NCBI GenBank assembly: GCA_964628935.1
Contig: CAZVOE010000004.1
Location: 1-61,470 of the forward strand
DNA length: 61,470 nt
Reading direction: 5' to 3'
Origin: an uncultured Acidobacteriota bacterium
GTDB taxonomy: Bacteria; Acidobacteriota; Polarisedimenticolia; Polarisedimenticolales; DASRJG01
Shown piece by piece: positions 9,975 to 19,138 of this stretch. Under the pieces are notes generated by a model that was not told the DNA's origin, searched no databases, and saw only the letters and a list, made by a program, of their open reading frames with translations. How positions within the stretch are numbered: position 1 is the first letter of the stretch; every line of letters begins with the position of its first letter. The translations under genes and the position numbers were made by a program.

Positions 9975-11507
9975 CTACCAGGAGGCTTCGAGCGGCCCCA
10001 CCTCCGCGCTCACCGCGTCGAGGATGTCGCAGCGTTCGACGAGCGCCGCCATCGCGTTGTGGTCTGCAAAGAGCGGCCGGTCCTCGTCCAAGTGCTCGAC
10101 GGTCCTACGGATCGCCCGTCGCGCGGCCTCGACGCCCTTGCCCTTCCCGTGATCGCGGAAGTCGAGCGCTTGGGCCGCGGCCATGAACTCGATCCCGAGC
10201 ACGGCTCTCGCGTTTTCCAGGATCTGGAGGGTCTTGAGCGCCCCGTTCATCCCCATGCTGACGAAGTCCTCCTGGTCGGCCGCGGCGGGGATCGACTGCA
10301 CGCACGAAGGGTTCGAGAGGATCCGCTGCTCGACGATCAGCGTGTCGGCGGTGTACTGGCTGAGCATCATTCCCGAGAACATCCCGGCCCCCTTCGTGAG
10401 GAACGCGGGGAGTCCGACCGAGAGGGCGGGGTTGAGCAATCGGTTCGTCCGCCGCTCGGAGAGGACGCTCACCATCGTGATCGCCGCCGCCACCATGTCG
10501 AGCGGCAAGCTGACGGGGGTCCCCTGGAAGTTGGCGCCGGTGTACACCTTCTCCTCGACCGCGTCGAAGATCGGGTTGTCGGCGACCCCGTTCAGCTCGA
10601 TCTCGACCTGCTTCCGAGCGTACGCGAGGGCGTCGCGGAGTGAGCCGATCACCTGCGGGGTCGATCGCATCGAATAGGCGTCCTGGACCTTCACCCTGAG
10701 CTTCCCGGTCGCGAGGTCGGATCCGTCGAGGACGCGCCGCAAGTTCGCGGCCGAGGTCTGGGCGCCCCGGAAGCCGCGCAGCGTGTGGAGTTTCGCCTCG
10801 TACGGTCTCAGGTTCGCGAGGAGGGCCTCGAGGCTCATCGCCGCCGCGATCTCGGTCTGCTGCACCCAACGCTCGGCGTCGTGGAGGATCAGGGCGGCGA
10901 TTCCGGTGATGAGATTCGACCCGTTGATCGCTGCGAGGCCGTCCCGCGCCTGGAGCCCCGGCACGGGAACCCCGGCCCGCTCCATCGCCTCCCGAGCGGG
11001 AAGGCGCTCGCCTCTGAAGAAGCACTCCCCCTCGCCGAGCAGGACGAGCGCGATCTGGCTCATCGGCGCGAGATCGCCGCAGGCCCCCACGCTTCCCTTG
11101 TTGCACACGACCGGGGTGACGCCGGCGTTGAGGAGCGCGACGTAGGTGAGCGGGATCTCGGGGCGGCACCCCGAATATCCCTGCGCGTGGACGTTCACGC
11201 GGCTCAGCATCGCCGCGCGGACGTGCTCGACGGGGCAGGGGACGCCGATTCCCGCCGCGTGGTTGTAGATCAGATAGCGCTGGAACTGGCGGACCTGCTC
11301 GTCGGTCAGGACGATTCCCGCGAGCTCGCCGATCCCGGTGTTGACCCCGTACATGATCTCGCGCGCCTGGATCTTCCGCTCGAGAAGGGCGCGGCATCGC
11401 CGGATCCGTTCCAGCGCCTCGGGCGCCAGTTCGACCGGCTCCCCATGTCTGGCGACCTGGACGACGTCCTCGACGGTCAACCCGGATCCGGAGAGTTTGA
11501 GCGGCAT
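9975..11507 (-). CDS. aromatic amino-acid ammonia-lyase family protein (histidine ammonia-lyase-like), with Ala-Cys-Gly at the MIO position
   Basis: From ATG at 11507: MPLKLSGSGLTVEDV..., YGVNTGIGELAG, LIYNHAAGIG, GSVGACGDLAPMSQ, GLAAINGSN. About 510 aa, typical for HAL. The upstream part of the 547-aa track ORF is Arg/Pro-rich. Confidence 0.88.
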   Translation of the reverse strand: MPLKLSGSGLTVEDVVQVARHGEPVELAPEALERIRRCRALLERKIQAREIMYGVNTGIGELAGIVLTDEQVRQFQRYLIYNHAAGIGVPCPVEHVRAAMLSRVNVHAQGYSGCRPEIPLTYVALLNAGVTPVVCNKGSVGACGDLAPMSQIALVLLGEGECFFRGERLPAREAMERAGVPVPGLQARDGLAAINGSNLITGIAALILHDAERWVQQTEIAAAMSLEALLANLRPYEAKLHTLRGFRGAQTSAANLRRVLDGSDLATGKLRVKVQDAYSMRSTPQVIGSLRDALAYARKQVEIELNGVADNPIFDAVEEKVYTGANFQGTPVSLPLDMVAAAITMVSVLSERRTNRLLNPALSVGLPAFLTKGAGMFSGMMLSQYTADTLIVEQRILSNPSCVQSIPAAADQEDFVSMGMNGALKTLQILENARAVLGIEFMAAAQALDFRDHGKGKGVEAARRAIRRTVEHLDEDRPLFADHNAMAALVERCDILDAVSAEVGPLEASW

Positions 11508-11637
11508 CGTGTGAACCTCGCGGAGTCCGCCACGGGAAGGAACCGTTCCCTCCGCCGAGACGGGCTTTGGAGGCGCACTATCCCTCCGACGCGCCGGGTG
11601 TGCAACACCGGGACGCATTCGCGCGTAAGATCCCCCG

Positions 11638-12894
11638 GTGTTCGCCCTCCTCGAGCGCGTACTCCGGGTCGAGAGGCGGGAGCTCCGGCCCGTTCTCCTC
11701 GCCTTCTCGTGCTTCTTCTGCGTCTTGTCGTCCTTCTACATCCTCCGGCCGATCCGTGAGGAGATGGGGATCTTCGGGGGGCGGAAGAACCTCCCGTGGC
11801 TCTTCACGGCGACGTTCGTCGTCATGGTCCTGGCCGCCGCGGCCTACGGATGGCTCGCCACGAGGGTCCCCCGGGGGCGGATCCTCTCCTGGGCCTACCG
11901 GTTCTTCTCGCTCAACCTCTTCGTCTTCTTCGCGATCTGGGAATGGGGGGAGGGGCGGGTCGTGCTCGCCCGCGTGTACTTCATTTGGGTGAGCGTCTTC
12001 AACCTCCTCGTCGTTTCGATCTTCTGGAGCGTCATGGCCGACGCCTTCCGGAGCGCGGAGGGGAAGCGCCTGTTCGGCATCGTCGCGGCCGGAGGCAGCG
12101 GGGGTGCGATCGCCGGTCCGCTCGTGACCGCGCTTCTCGTGGAACGGATCGGGATCGCGCCCCTCTTCCTGATCTCGATCGCGCTTCTCGAGGCAGCGGT
12201 CTTCCTTGCCGGCCGAATCGTGCGGTGGGTGGAACGCGAGGGGCCCGGCACGCTCCACGCCCACGCGTCGGAGCGGATCGGGGGCGGTCCGTTCGCGGGG
12301 TTCCGCACGGCCGTGTCGTCGTCGTACTACCTCGGGATCGCGGGGCTCATGGCGCTCTACTCGATTTGTTCGACCGTCGTGTACTTCGAACAGGCGCGAA
12401 TCGTCGAGGGGACGATCTCGGATCCAGCCGCGCGCACCGCGTTCTTCGCGAAGATCGACCTGACCGTGAACGTGCTCTCGGCCGGAACCCAGGCCTTCGG
12501 CACGGGGCGCCTTCTCGGCTGGGCGGGAGTCGGAACCGGCCTCGCCCTGCTGCCTGCGCTCACCTCTCTCGGCCTTCTCGGCCTCGCCTTCCGGCCGGGA
12601 ATCGGGATGATCGCGGCCGTGCAAGTCGTGCGGCGCTCCGTGCACTATGCGATCGAGCGGCCGGCGCGCGAGGTCCTCTACACGGTCGTGCCCCCCGAGG
12701 ACAAGTACAAGGCGAAGGGCTTTCTCGACACGGTGGTCTATCGTGGCGCGGACGCCATTGGAGGGTGGCTTTCGGCGGGTCTCGGCGCGCTCGGCCTCGG
12801 GGTCGCGGCGGTGTCGATCGGCGCGATCCCCCTCGCCGGGATCGGGATCCCCCTGGCGTACTGGATGGGACGGAAGCACGGGGAGCGTGCCTGA
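11638..12894 (+). CDS. MFS-type transporter (resembles the ATP/ADP-antiporter-like TLC/NTT branch); GTG start
   Basis: About 12 hydrophobic helices. N-terminal FYILRPIREEMG motif is typical of that branch. Divergent from the ammonia-lyase gene. Confidence 0.7.
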   Translation: MFALLERVLRVERRELRPVLLAFSCFFCVLSSFYILRPIREEMGIFGGRKNLPWLFTATFVVMVLAAAAYGWLATRVPRGRILSWAYRFFSLNLFVFFAIWEWGEGRVVLARVYFIWVSVFNLLVVSIFWSVMADAFRSAEGKRLFGIVAAGGSGGAIAGPLVTALLVERIGIAPLFLISIALLEAAVFLAGRIVRWVEREGPGTLHAHASERIGGGPFAGFRTAVSSSYYLGIAGLMALYSICSTVVYFEQARIVEGTISDPAARTAFFAKIDLTVNVLSAGTQAFGTGRLLGWAGVGTGLALLPALTSLGLLGLAFRPGIGMIAAVQVVRRSVHYAIERPAREVLYTVVPPEDKYKAKGFLDTVVYRGADAIGGWLSAGLGALGLGVAAVSIGAIPLAGIGIPLAYWMGRKHGERA

Positions 12895-12907
12895 AAGGAG
12901 AGGGAAG

Positions 12908-14038
12908 ATGGCGCACGGAAGAAGACGGTTCCTCAAGACCGCGCTCGGCGCGAGCGCCGGACTGGCGTTCGGCGGCCGCACCCTCGCCGGCCTCGTCCCG
13001 GCCTTCTCGAGGCAGGAAGGCGGCGGAGGCTCGTCCGGGAAGAAGATCCTGATCCTCGGCGGGACGCGTTTTCTCGGACCGGCGATCGTCCAATCCGCGC
13101 GCGAGCGGGGGCACACCCTGACCCTTTTCAACCGCGGGAAATCGAACCCCGGACTCTTTCCCGACGTCGAGAACCTGATCGGCGACCGGGACGGAAAGCT
13201 CGACGCCCTGAAGGACCGCAAGTGGGACGCGGTCGTCGACACGTCCGGGTACGTCCCCCGGATCGTCAAGATGTCCGCCGAGCTGCTCGCGCCGAACGTC
13301 AAGCAATACCTCTTCGTCTCCTCGATCTCGGTCTACAAGGAGCCGATCGTCCCGGGCGCGGACGAGAGCGCGCCCGTCGCGACGATGGAAGACCCCACGA
13401 ACGAAGACGTGATGAAGCACTACGGCGCGCTCAAGGCGCTGTGCGAGGAGGAGGCGTCGAAGGCCTTCCCCGACCGGGCGACGAACATCCGCCCCGGTCT
13501 CATCGTGGGGCCCGAAGATCCGACCGACCGGTTCACGTACTGGCCGGTGCGCATCGCGAAGGGCGGGGAGGTGCTCTGCCCCGGGGACGGAACCGACCGG
13601 GTCCAGATCGTCGACGTCCGCGATCTCGGGGCCTGGATCGTGCGGATGATCGAAGGAGGACACACGGGGACGTACAACGCGGTGGGCCCCGAAAAGCCGA
13701 TGACGATGAAGGAGATGCTCATGGCCTGCCGGAAGGGGGTCAAGAGCGACGCCAGATTCGTGTGGGCGCCGGCGAAGTTCCTCGAGGAGCAGAAGGTCGA
13801 GGCGTGGAGCGACATGCCGGCGTGGGTTCCCCCGGGAACCGATTCGAGCGGACTCACGCAGGTCGACTGCTCGAAGGCGATCGCGAAAGGGTTGAAGTTC
13901 CGTCCGGTCGAGGAGACCGCAGCCGACACGGTCGCCTGGTGGAACTCCGAGCCCGAGGAGCGTCGCGCGAAGCTCAAGGCCGGTCTCTCCCCCGAGCGTG
14001 AAAAGGAGGTTCTCGCCGCGCTACGCTCTCGCTCGTGA
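12908..14038 (+). CDS. NAD(P)-dependent epimerase/dehydratase-type SDR with twin-arginine (Tat) signal
   Basis: MAHGRRRFLKTALGASAGLAFGG (RRxFLK Tat motif), then the Rossmann motif KILILGGTRFLGPAIV. ATG at 12908 preceded by GGAGAGGGAAG. Confidence 0.8.
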   Translation: MAHGRRRFLKTALGASAGLAFGGRTLAGLVPAFSRQEGGGGSSGKKILILGGTRFLGPAIVQSARERGHTLTLFNRGKSNPGLFPDVENLIGDRDGKLDALKDRKWDAVVDTSGYVPRIVKMSAELLAPNVKQYLFVSSISVYKEPIVPGADESAPVATMEDPTNEDVMKHYGALKALCEEEASKAFPDRATNIRPGLIVGPEDPTDRFTYWPVRIAKGGEVLCPGDGTDRVQIVDVRDLGAWIVRMIEGGHTGTYNAVGPEKPMTMKEMLMACRKGVKSDARFVWAPAKFLEEQKVEAWSDMPAWVPPGTDSSGLTQVDCSKAIAKGLKFRPVEETAADTVAWWNSEPEERRAKLKAGLSPEREKEVLAALRSRS

Positions 14039-14775
14039 GAGGGGCGTTCCCGAAGTTCGGGGAGGTCGCGTCGCGGCTCGAGGGATGCGTGCCCGCCCCC
14101 TTCGAGCCGCATCGTCTCCCCCCCGTCGCCCGACGGTGGCTCGAGCGGTCGCTTCCCCCGGATCGCCCGGCCAGCGAGCGGGTCCTCCTCGAGATCTCCG
14201 GGGAGATCAAGCTGGCGTCGTGGACGCCGTTCCGCTCCCGGGAGATCCTCGCGCCGCGCGCCGGGTTCGCCTGGCAGGCCTCGGCGGGGCGCTTCCCCGC
14301 CGCAATCCGCGGGATGGACTACTACCTCGCCGGGCAGGGTGGGATGCGCTGGCGCCTCGCGGGTCTCATCCCGGTGATGCACGCGTCGGGACCCGAGGTC
14401 AGCCGCTCCGCCCGAGGCCGGGTCGCCGGAGAGGCGGCGCTTTGCCCCGGAGCGCTCGCCGGATCCGACGTCCTCTGGAGGGACGAGGACGATCGGTTCT
14501 CGGTCGCTTCGTGGGACCTCGACGGGGAGCGGATGGCGGTGCGTTTCGAGATCGCTCACGACGGCGCGCTACGCTCCGCGAGCCTCGCCCGCTGGGGCGA
14601 TCACGGCGGGAAGGGTTGGCGCCTGCAGCCCTTCGGTGCCCTCGTCGAGGAGGAGCGTGCGTTCGACGGGGTCACGATCCCGTCGCGGATCCGCGCAGGT
14701 TGGGGACTCGGGACCTCGGGCTGGAGCGAGGGAGAGTTTTTCCGCGCTCGCGTGGAGGACGCCCGTTGGCTCTGA
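14035..14775 (+). CDS. conserved hypothetical protein (no family recognised with confidence)
   Basis: 246-aa ORF with normal composition for this genome. GTG start overlaps the upstream TGA (GTGA), suggesting translational coupling with the SDR gene. Confidence 0.55.
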   Translation: MRGAFPKFGEVASRLEGCVPAPFEPHRLPPVARRWLERSLPPDRPASERVLLEISGEIKLASWTPFRSREILAPRAGFAWQASAGRFPAAIRGMDYYLAGQGGMRWRLAGLIPVMHASGPEVSRSARGRVAGEAALCPGALAGSDVLWRDEDDRFSVASWDLDGERMAVRFEIAHDGALRSASLARWGDHGGKGWRLQPFGALVEEERAFDGVTIPSRIRAGWGLGTSGWSEGEFFRARVEDARWL

Positions 14776-15431
14776 CCGAGCCCGCGATCGTCCACGAGAG
14801 CGACGCCGTCCTCGTCGTGGACAAGCCTCCCGGCTGGCTCACGATCCCCGGCCGGCAAGGGGACGCCGACCCGCGACCGGTGCTCGTCCGCGAACTCGGA
14901 GCGCGCACCGGCGGAAAGCTCTGGATCGTCCACCGCCTCGATCGCGAGGTCTCGGGGCTCGTCCTTTTCGCCCGGAGCGCGGAGGCGCACCGCACGCTGT
15001 GTCGCTGGTTCGAGCGGCACGAGGTCGTCAAGCGGTACGAGGCGTGGACCGAGGGAGCCCCCCCGGCCGAACCCGAGACGGCCTGGGAGGGGTGGCTGAT
15101 CCAGGGACGCCGTCGCACGCACGAATCGCGGGAAGCCGGGAAGGGGAAGTGGGCCCGCACGATCGCGCGATTCGAGGGAACGGAACTCCACGCCGGGGTG
15201 AGGCTCCTCCGCTTCGCGCTCCGACCCGAGACGGGCCGCACCCACCAGCTGCGCTGCCAGGCGGCGAACCGCGGCTTCCCGATCGCGGGAGATGTCCTCT
15301 ACGGTTCCACCGTCTTCTGGGCGCCTGACGCCATCGCCCTGCGGGCGGTGAGCGTCGAGTTCCCCTCGGCCTCGGAGGAGAACCTCGTCCGCCTGGGCCT
15401 TCCCCGGACCGTCGTCCTCCCCACGCCTTGA
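14766..15431 (+). CDS. RluA-family pseudouridine synthase (start codon uncertain; TTG at 14766 proposed)
   Basis: VLVVDKPPGWLTIPG, IVHRLDREVSGLVLFA (catalytic Asp motif), GRTHQLRCQ. No ATG or GTG lies upstream of the conserved VVDKP strand. In-frame TTG at 14766 and CTG at 14772 are the candidates. Confidence 0.75.
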   Translation: MALTEPAIVHESDAVLVVDKPPGWLTIPGRQGDADPRPVLVRELGARTGGKLWIVHRLDREVSGLVLFARSAEAHRTLCRWFERHEVVKRYEAWTEGAPPAEPETAWEGWLIQGRRRTHESREAGKGKWARTIARFEGTELHAGVRLLRFALRPETGRTHQLRCQAANRGFPIAGDVLYGSTVFWAPDAIALRAVSVEFPSASEENLVRLGLPRTVVLPTP

Positions 15432-15492
15432 CGGGATCCCCGGTCGGGCGCACCCTTCGGGCAACACTTTCGCAAGGAGAGGAACGCAGGCC

Positions 15493-16065
15493 ATGGCCGA
15501 CCCCGGAGACGTCACCCGACTGCTCGCGGCCCACCGCGGCGGGGACCGCGAGGCGTTCGACCGCTTATTTCCGCTCGTCTACGAGGAGCTCAAGCGGATC
15601 GCCCGGCGAAACCTGAGGAGCGGCGGACGCGACCAGACCCTCGGGGCGACCGGCGTCGTGCACGAAGCCTATCTCAAGCTCGCCGAGGCCTCCCGCATCG
15701 CCCTCGAGGACCGGGGACACTTCTTCGCCGTCGCGGCGATGGCGATGCGCCAGGTGGTTGTCTCCTACGCACGGAAGAAATCGGCCGCCAAGCGCGGGAA
15801 GGGCGGCCCCATCGTCCCGCTCGACGACGTCGACGTGGCGGTCGAAGCGGACGCTTCGCGTGTACTCGATGTGGACCGCGCCCTCGCGAGACTGGCGGAA
15901 CGCGACGGGCGGCTCGCGAAGGTCTTCGAGCTGCGCTACTTCGGCGGCCTCAGCGAGGCCGAGGCGGCCGAGGCCCTCGGCACCTCGGCGAGAACGGTCC
16001 AGCGGGACTGGCAGCGGGCGAAGGCCTGGCTTCGCGAGGAACTCGAGCATGGCGGGGATTCCTGA
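15493..16065 (+). CDS. ECF sigma factor of the TIGR02999/ECF43-like type (Ser/Thr-kinase-associated)
   Basis: DVTRLLAAHRGGDREAFDRLFPLVYEELKRIARRNL, TGVVHEAYLKL, HFFAVAAMAMRQVVV. Region 4: ELRYFGGLSEAEAAEALGTSARTVQRDW. Confidence 0.9.
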   Translation: MADPGDVTRLLAAHRGGDREAFDRLFPLVYEELKRIARRNLRSGGRDQTLGATGVVHEAYLKLAEASRIALEDRGHFFAVAAMAMRQVVVSYARKKSAAKRGKGGPIVPLDDVDVAVEADASRVLDVDRALARLAERDGRLAKVFELRYFGGLSEAEAAEALGTSARTVQRDWQRAKAWLREELEHGGDS

Positions 16066-18427
16066 TCCGGTCTTCCGGCGCGCCGACGCCATCCTCGAGA
16101 GGGCTCTCGACCTTCCCCCCGCCGAGCGCGACCGCTTCGTCTCCGAGGCGAGCGGCGAGGACACCGTCCTCCGGAGCCTCGTCGAGCGGCTCCTCGAGAG
16201 CGCGTCCGAGGAGGGCGGCTCCGGTCTCGTCCCCGGCGCGGTGCTGACCGGCCCGCTCGCGAACGCTCTCGCGGAGGAACTCCGTCGCGACGAGTCGCTC
16301 GAGCCCGGGGCGCGCATCGGTGCGTGGCGGATCGTGCGCGAACTGGCCCGAGGGGGAATGGCGGTCGTTTACCTCGTGGAGCGTTCGGAGGGGAACTTCA
16401 GCCAGATCGCGGCGCTCAAGGTCCTCAAGCGGGGCCTCGACACCGACGAGATCGTCGTCCGTTTCGAGCAGGAACGCAGGATCCTCGCGGCCGCGACCCA
16501 TTCCGACATCGCCCGCCTGCTCGACGGCGGCGCCCTCCCCGACGGCCGGCCGTGGCTCGCCCTCGAGTACGTCGAGGGAAAACCGATCGACCGGTGGTGC
16601 GAGGAGCGGGACCTCGGGATTCGCGAGCGGATCGGCCTCTTCCTCCGCGTCGCGCGAGCGGTCGCCCACGCCCACCGGAACCTCGTCGTGCACCGAGACC
16701 TCAAACCGTCGAACATCCTGGTCACCGCCGAAGGGCAGCCGAAGCTCCTCGACTTCGGGATCGCGAAGATCCTCGCGGCGGAGCCGGGTGCGGGGGAAGA
16801 GACGCGGACCGCGTTCCGGATGATGACCCCCGCCTACGCGAGCCCCGAGCAGATCCGGGGGGAGCCGGCGACGACCGCGACCGATGTCTGGCAGCTCGGA
16901 ACGCTCCTCTACCTCCTGCTCGCGCGCCGGCACCCGTTCGCGTCGGCCAACGGGCCCTCGGACCTCTCGGCGGCGATCCTCGGGTCGGAGCCCAAGCCGC
17001 CGAGCCGCGCCGAGGGGCTCTCTCCGCGCTGGAGCCGCCAAGTCGCGGGCGACCTCGACACGATCGTCTCCACGGCGATGCGGAAGGACCCGATTCGCCG
17101 GTACCCTTCGGTCGCGCAGCTGATCGACGACCTCGAGCGGTACCTCAAGGGACGACCGGTGACCGCGCAGCCGGACACGGTCTGGTACCGCGGGGGAAAG
17201 CTGCTCCGGCGGCACAAGGTCCTCGCCGGGAGCGTCATCGCGTTCCTCGTGTTCCTGCTGCTTTACGCGGGAACCGTCTCCGTCCAGTCGAAGCGGATCG
17301 CCGAGGAGCGCGACCGGGCCAATCGGGAGGCCGAGACGGCGCGCCAGGTTTCGGATTTCCTCGTCGAGATCTTCGGCGCGGTCGATCCCGAGAAATCGCG
17401 GGGGAGCGACGTGACCGCGCGCGAGCTCCTCGACCGGGGAGCCCGGGAGATCGACCGCCGCCTCCCCGAGCCTTCTCCGGTGCGCGCACGCTTGCAGCGT
17501 GCGGTCGGGACGGTCTACCAGCGCCTCGGGCTTTACCAAGAGGCCGACCCGCTCTTCGCCGCGGCGCTCGAGACCACGACGGATCTCCTCGGGCCGGACC
17601 ACCCCGACCGTCTGGGCGCGCTCTCCGACTTCGCCGGGAACCAGATCTACCTGGGCCGGTTCGATCTCGCCGAGGAGCGGCTTCAGGATCTCGTCGATCG
17701 CCGGACGCGGCTCCAGGGCGGGGACCATCCGGAGACCCTCCGCGCGCTCGGGAACCTCGCCGGGACCTACCTCGCACGCGGCAACTGGAAGGAAGCGGCC
17801 ACGGTGTACGAGGAGGTGTATGCGACGGTGGTCCGCGTTCGCGGAGAAGACGACCCGATGGCTCTGGGCGTGGGGAACAATCTGGCGCTCGCCTATGGAA
17901 ACCTCGGTCTCCACGAGCAGGCCGAGACGATGTTCGAGGCGGTCGTGGCGGGGCGTCGCCGCGTCCAGGGCGCCGACCACCCGCAGACGCTCGGGGCGAT
18001 GCACAACCTCGCGCTCGCGAAGGCCCGCCTGGGGCGTCACGAGGAGGCGCTCGCGATCTACCGCGAGGTGCTCGACGAGCGCACGCGCGTCCTCGGGCCC
18101 GAGCACCCCGACACGCTCCAGAGTTGGAACAACCTCGCGAGCGCGCTCGAAACGCTCGGCCGGACTCGCGAGACCGTGCGCATCTACGAAAAGGTGCTCG
18201 AGGCCCGCCGGCGCGTGCTCGGGCCCGAACACCTCGAAACGATGAGAAGCGCCCTGAACCTCGGGAACGCCTATCTGAAGTCTGGGACATTCCTCCCCGA
18301 GGCCGAAGCGCTCCTCGCCGAAGCCGCCGCGGCCCTCCCGACGCTCCTCACGGAGGATCATCCCGATGTCGTCTTCGCGAAAGAGAAACACGCGGAGGCG
18401 GTTCGGCGCCGGAACGGTGCGAGATGA
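16049..18427 (+). CDS. Ser/Thr protein kinase with one TM helix and C-terminal TPR repeats
   Basis: Kinase motifs AALKVLK, HRDLKPSNIL, DFGIAKIL, YASPEQ. TM helix VLAGSVIAFLVFLLLYAGTV. Repeated TPR-like units (ALGNLAGTYLARGNWKEA, NNLALAYGNLGLHEQA...). ATG at 16049 overlaps the sigma gene by 17 nt. Confidence 0.9.
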   Translation: MAGIPDPVFRRADAILERALDLPPAERDRFVSEASGEDTVLRSLVERLLESASEEGGSGLVPGAVLTGPLANALAEELRRDESLEPGARIGAWRIVRELARGGMAVVYLVERSEGNFSQIAALKVLKRGLDTDEIVVRFEQERRILAAATHSDIARLLDGGALPDGRPWLALEYVEGKPIDRWCEERDLGIRERIGLFLRVARAVAHAHRNLVVHRDLKPSNILVTAEGQPKLLDFGIAKILAAEPGAGEETRTAFRMMTPAYASPEQIRGEPATTATDVWQLGTLLYLLLARRHPFASANGPSDLSAAILGSEPKPPSRAEGLSPRWSRQVAGDLDTIVSTAMRKDPIRRYPSVAQLIDDLERYLKGRPVTAQPDTVWYRGGKLLRRHKVLAGSVIAFLVFLLLYAGTVSVQSKRIAEERDRANREAETARQVSDFLVEIFGAVDPEKSRGSDVTARELLDRGAREIDRRLPEPSPVRARLQRAVGTVYQRLGLYQEADPLFAAALETTTDLLGPDHPDRLGALSDFAGNQIYLGRFDLAEERLQDLVDRRTRLQGGDHPETLRALGNLAGTYLARGNWKEAATVYEEVYATVVRVRGEDDPMALGVGNNLALAYGNLGLHEQAETMFEAVVAGRRRVQGADHPQTLGAMHNLALAKARLGRHEEALAIYREVLDERTRVLGPEHPDTLQSWNNLASALETLGRTRETVRIYEKVLEARRRVLGPEHLETMRSALNLGNAYLKSGTFLPEAEALLAEAAAALPTLLTEDHPDVVFAKEKHAEAVRRRNGAR

Positions 18428-19029
18428 CCGAGGGACCGTTCGACTCGTGGGACCTCCGCTACGCCGCGCCGGGGTTCGCGTACGGAACCGAGCCGAACGC
18501 TTTCCTCCGCGAGATGGCCTCCCGGATCCCGCCCGGCCGCGTCCTTTCCCTCGCCGATGGGGAGGGACGGAACTCCGTCTATCTCGCGGGGCTCGGGTAC
18601 GAGGTCGTCGCGGTCGACGGTTCGCGCGTCGGGATGGAGAAGGCGGCGCGATTCGCCGCGGAGCGGGGCGTGCGGGTCGAGACGGTGGTCTCCGACCTCG
18701 CCGATTTCCGGATCGAACCGGAGGCTTGGGCGGGGATCGTCTCGATCTTCTGCCACCTTCCCCCCGCGCTCCGGAGGCGCGTCCACGCCGACGTCGTGAG
18801 CGGGCTCGCGCCCGGTGGGGTCCTGATCCTCGAGGCGTACACGCCGAAGCAGCTCGAGTACCGCACCGGCGGCCCCTCCGCGCCCGAGCTGCTCATGACC
18901 CTCGACGCGCTCCGCGGGGAGCTTCGCGGCCTCGACCTCGTCCACGCCGTCGAGGTGGAGCGCGAAGTCGAAGAAGGACGGCTGCACCGCGGCATCGCGG
19001 CCGTGGTGCAGATCGTGGGCGTTCGGTAG
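18424..19029 (+). CDS. class I SAM-dependent methyltransferase (TehB-like)
   Basis: RVLSLADGEGRNSVYLAGLGYEVVAVDGS (motif I) and GGVLILEAY. ATGA overlap with the kinase stop codon. Confidence 0.85.
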   Translation: MTEGPFDSWDLRYAAPGFAYGTEPNAFLREMASRIPPGRVLSLADGEGRNSVYLAGLGYEVVAVDGSRVGMEKAARFAAERGVRVETVVSDLADFRIEPEAWAGIVSIFCHLPPALRRRVHADVVSGLAPGGVLILEAYTPKQLEYRTGGPSAPELLMTLDALRGELRGLDLVHAVEVEREVEEGRLHRGIAAVVQIVGVR

Positions 19030-19138
19030 GCCGTCCGTTTTCGCCGGTTCGTTGCCGTCTCGTCTCCGAATCTTTCGCCTCGCGATCCCTCTCCGTCACG
19101 ACCCGCGCGTAAAAAGCCGGCGCTCGAGAGGAGTGCCG

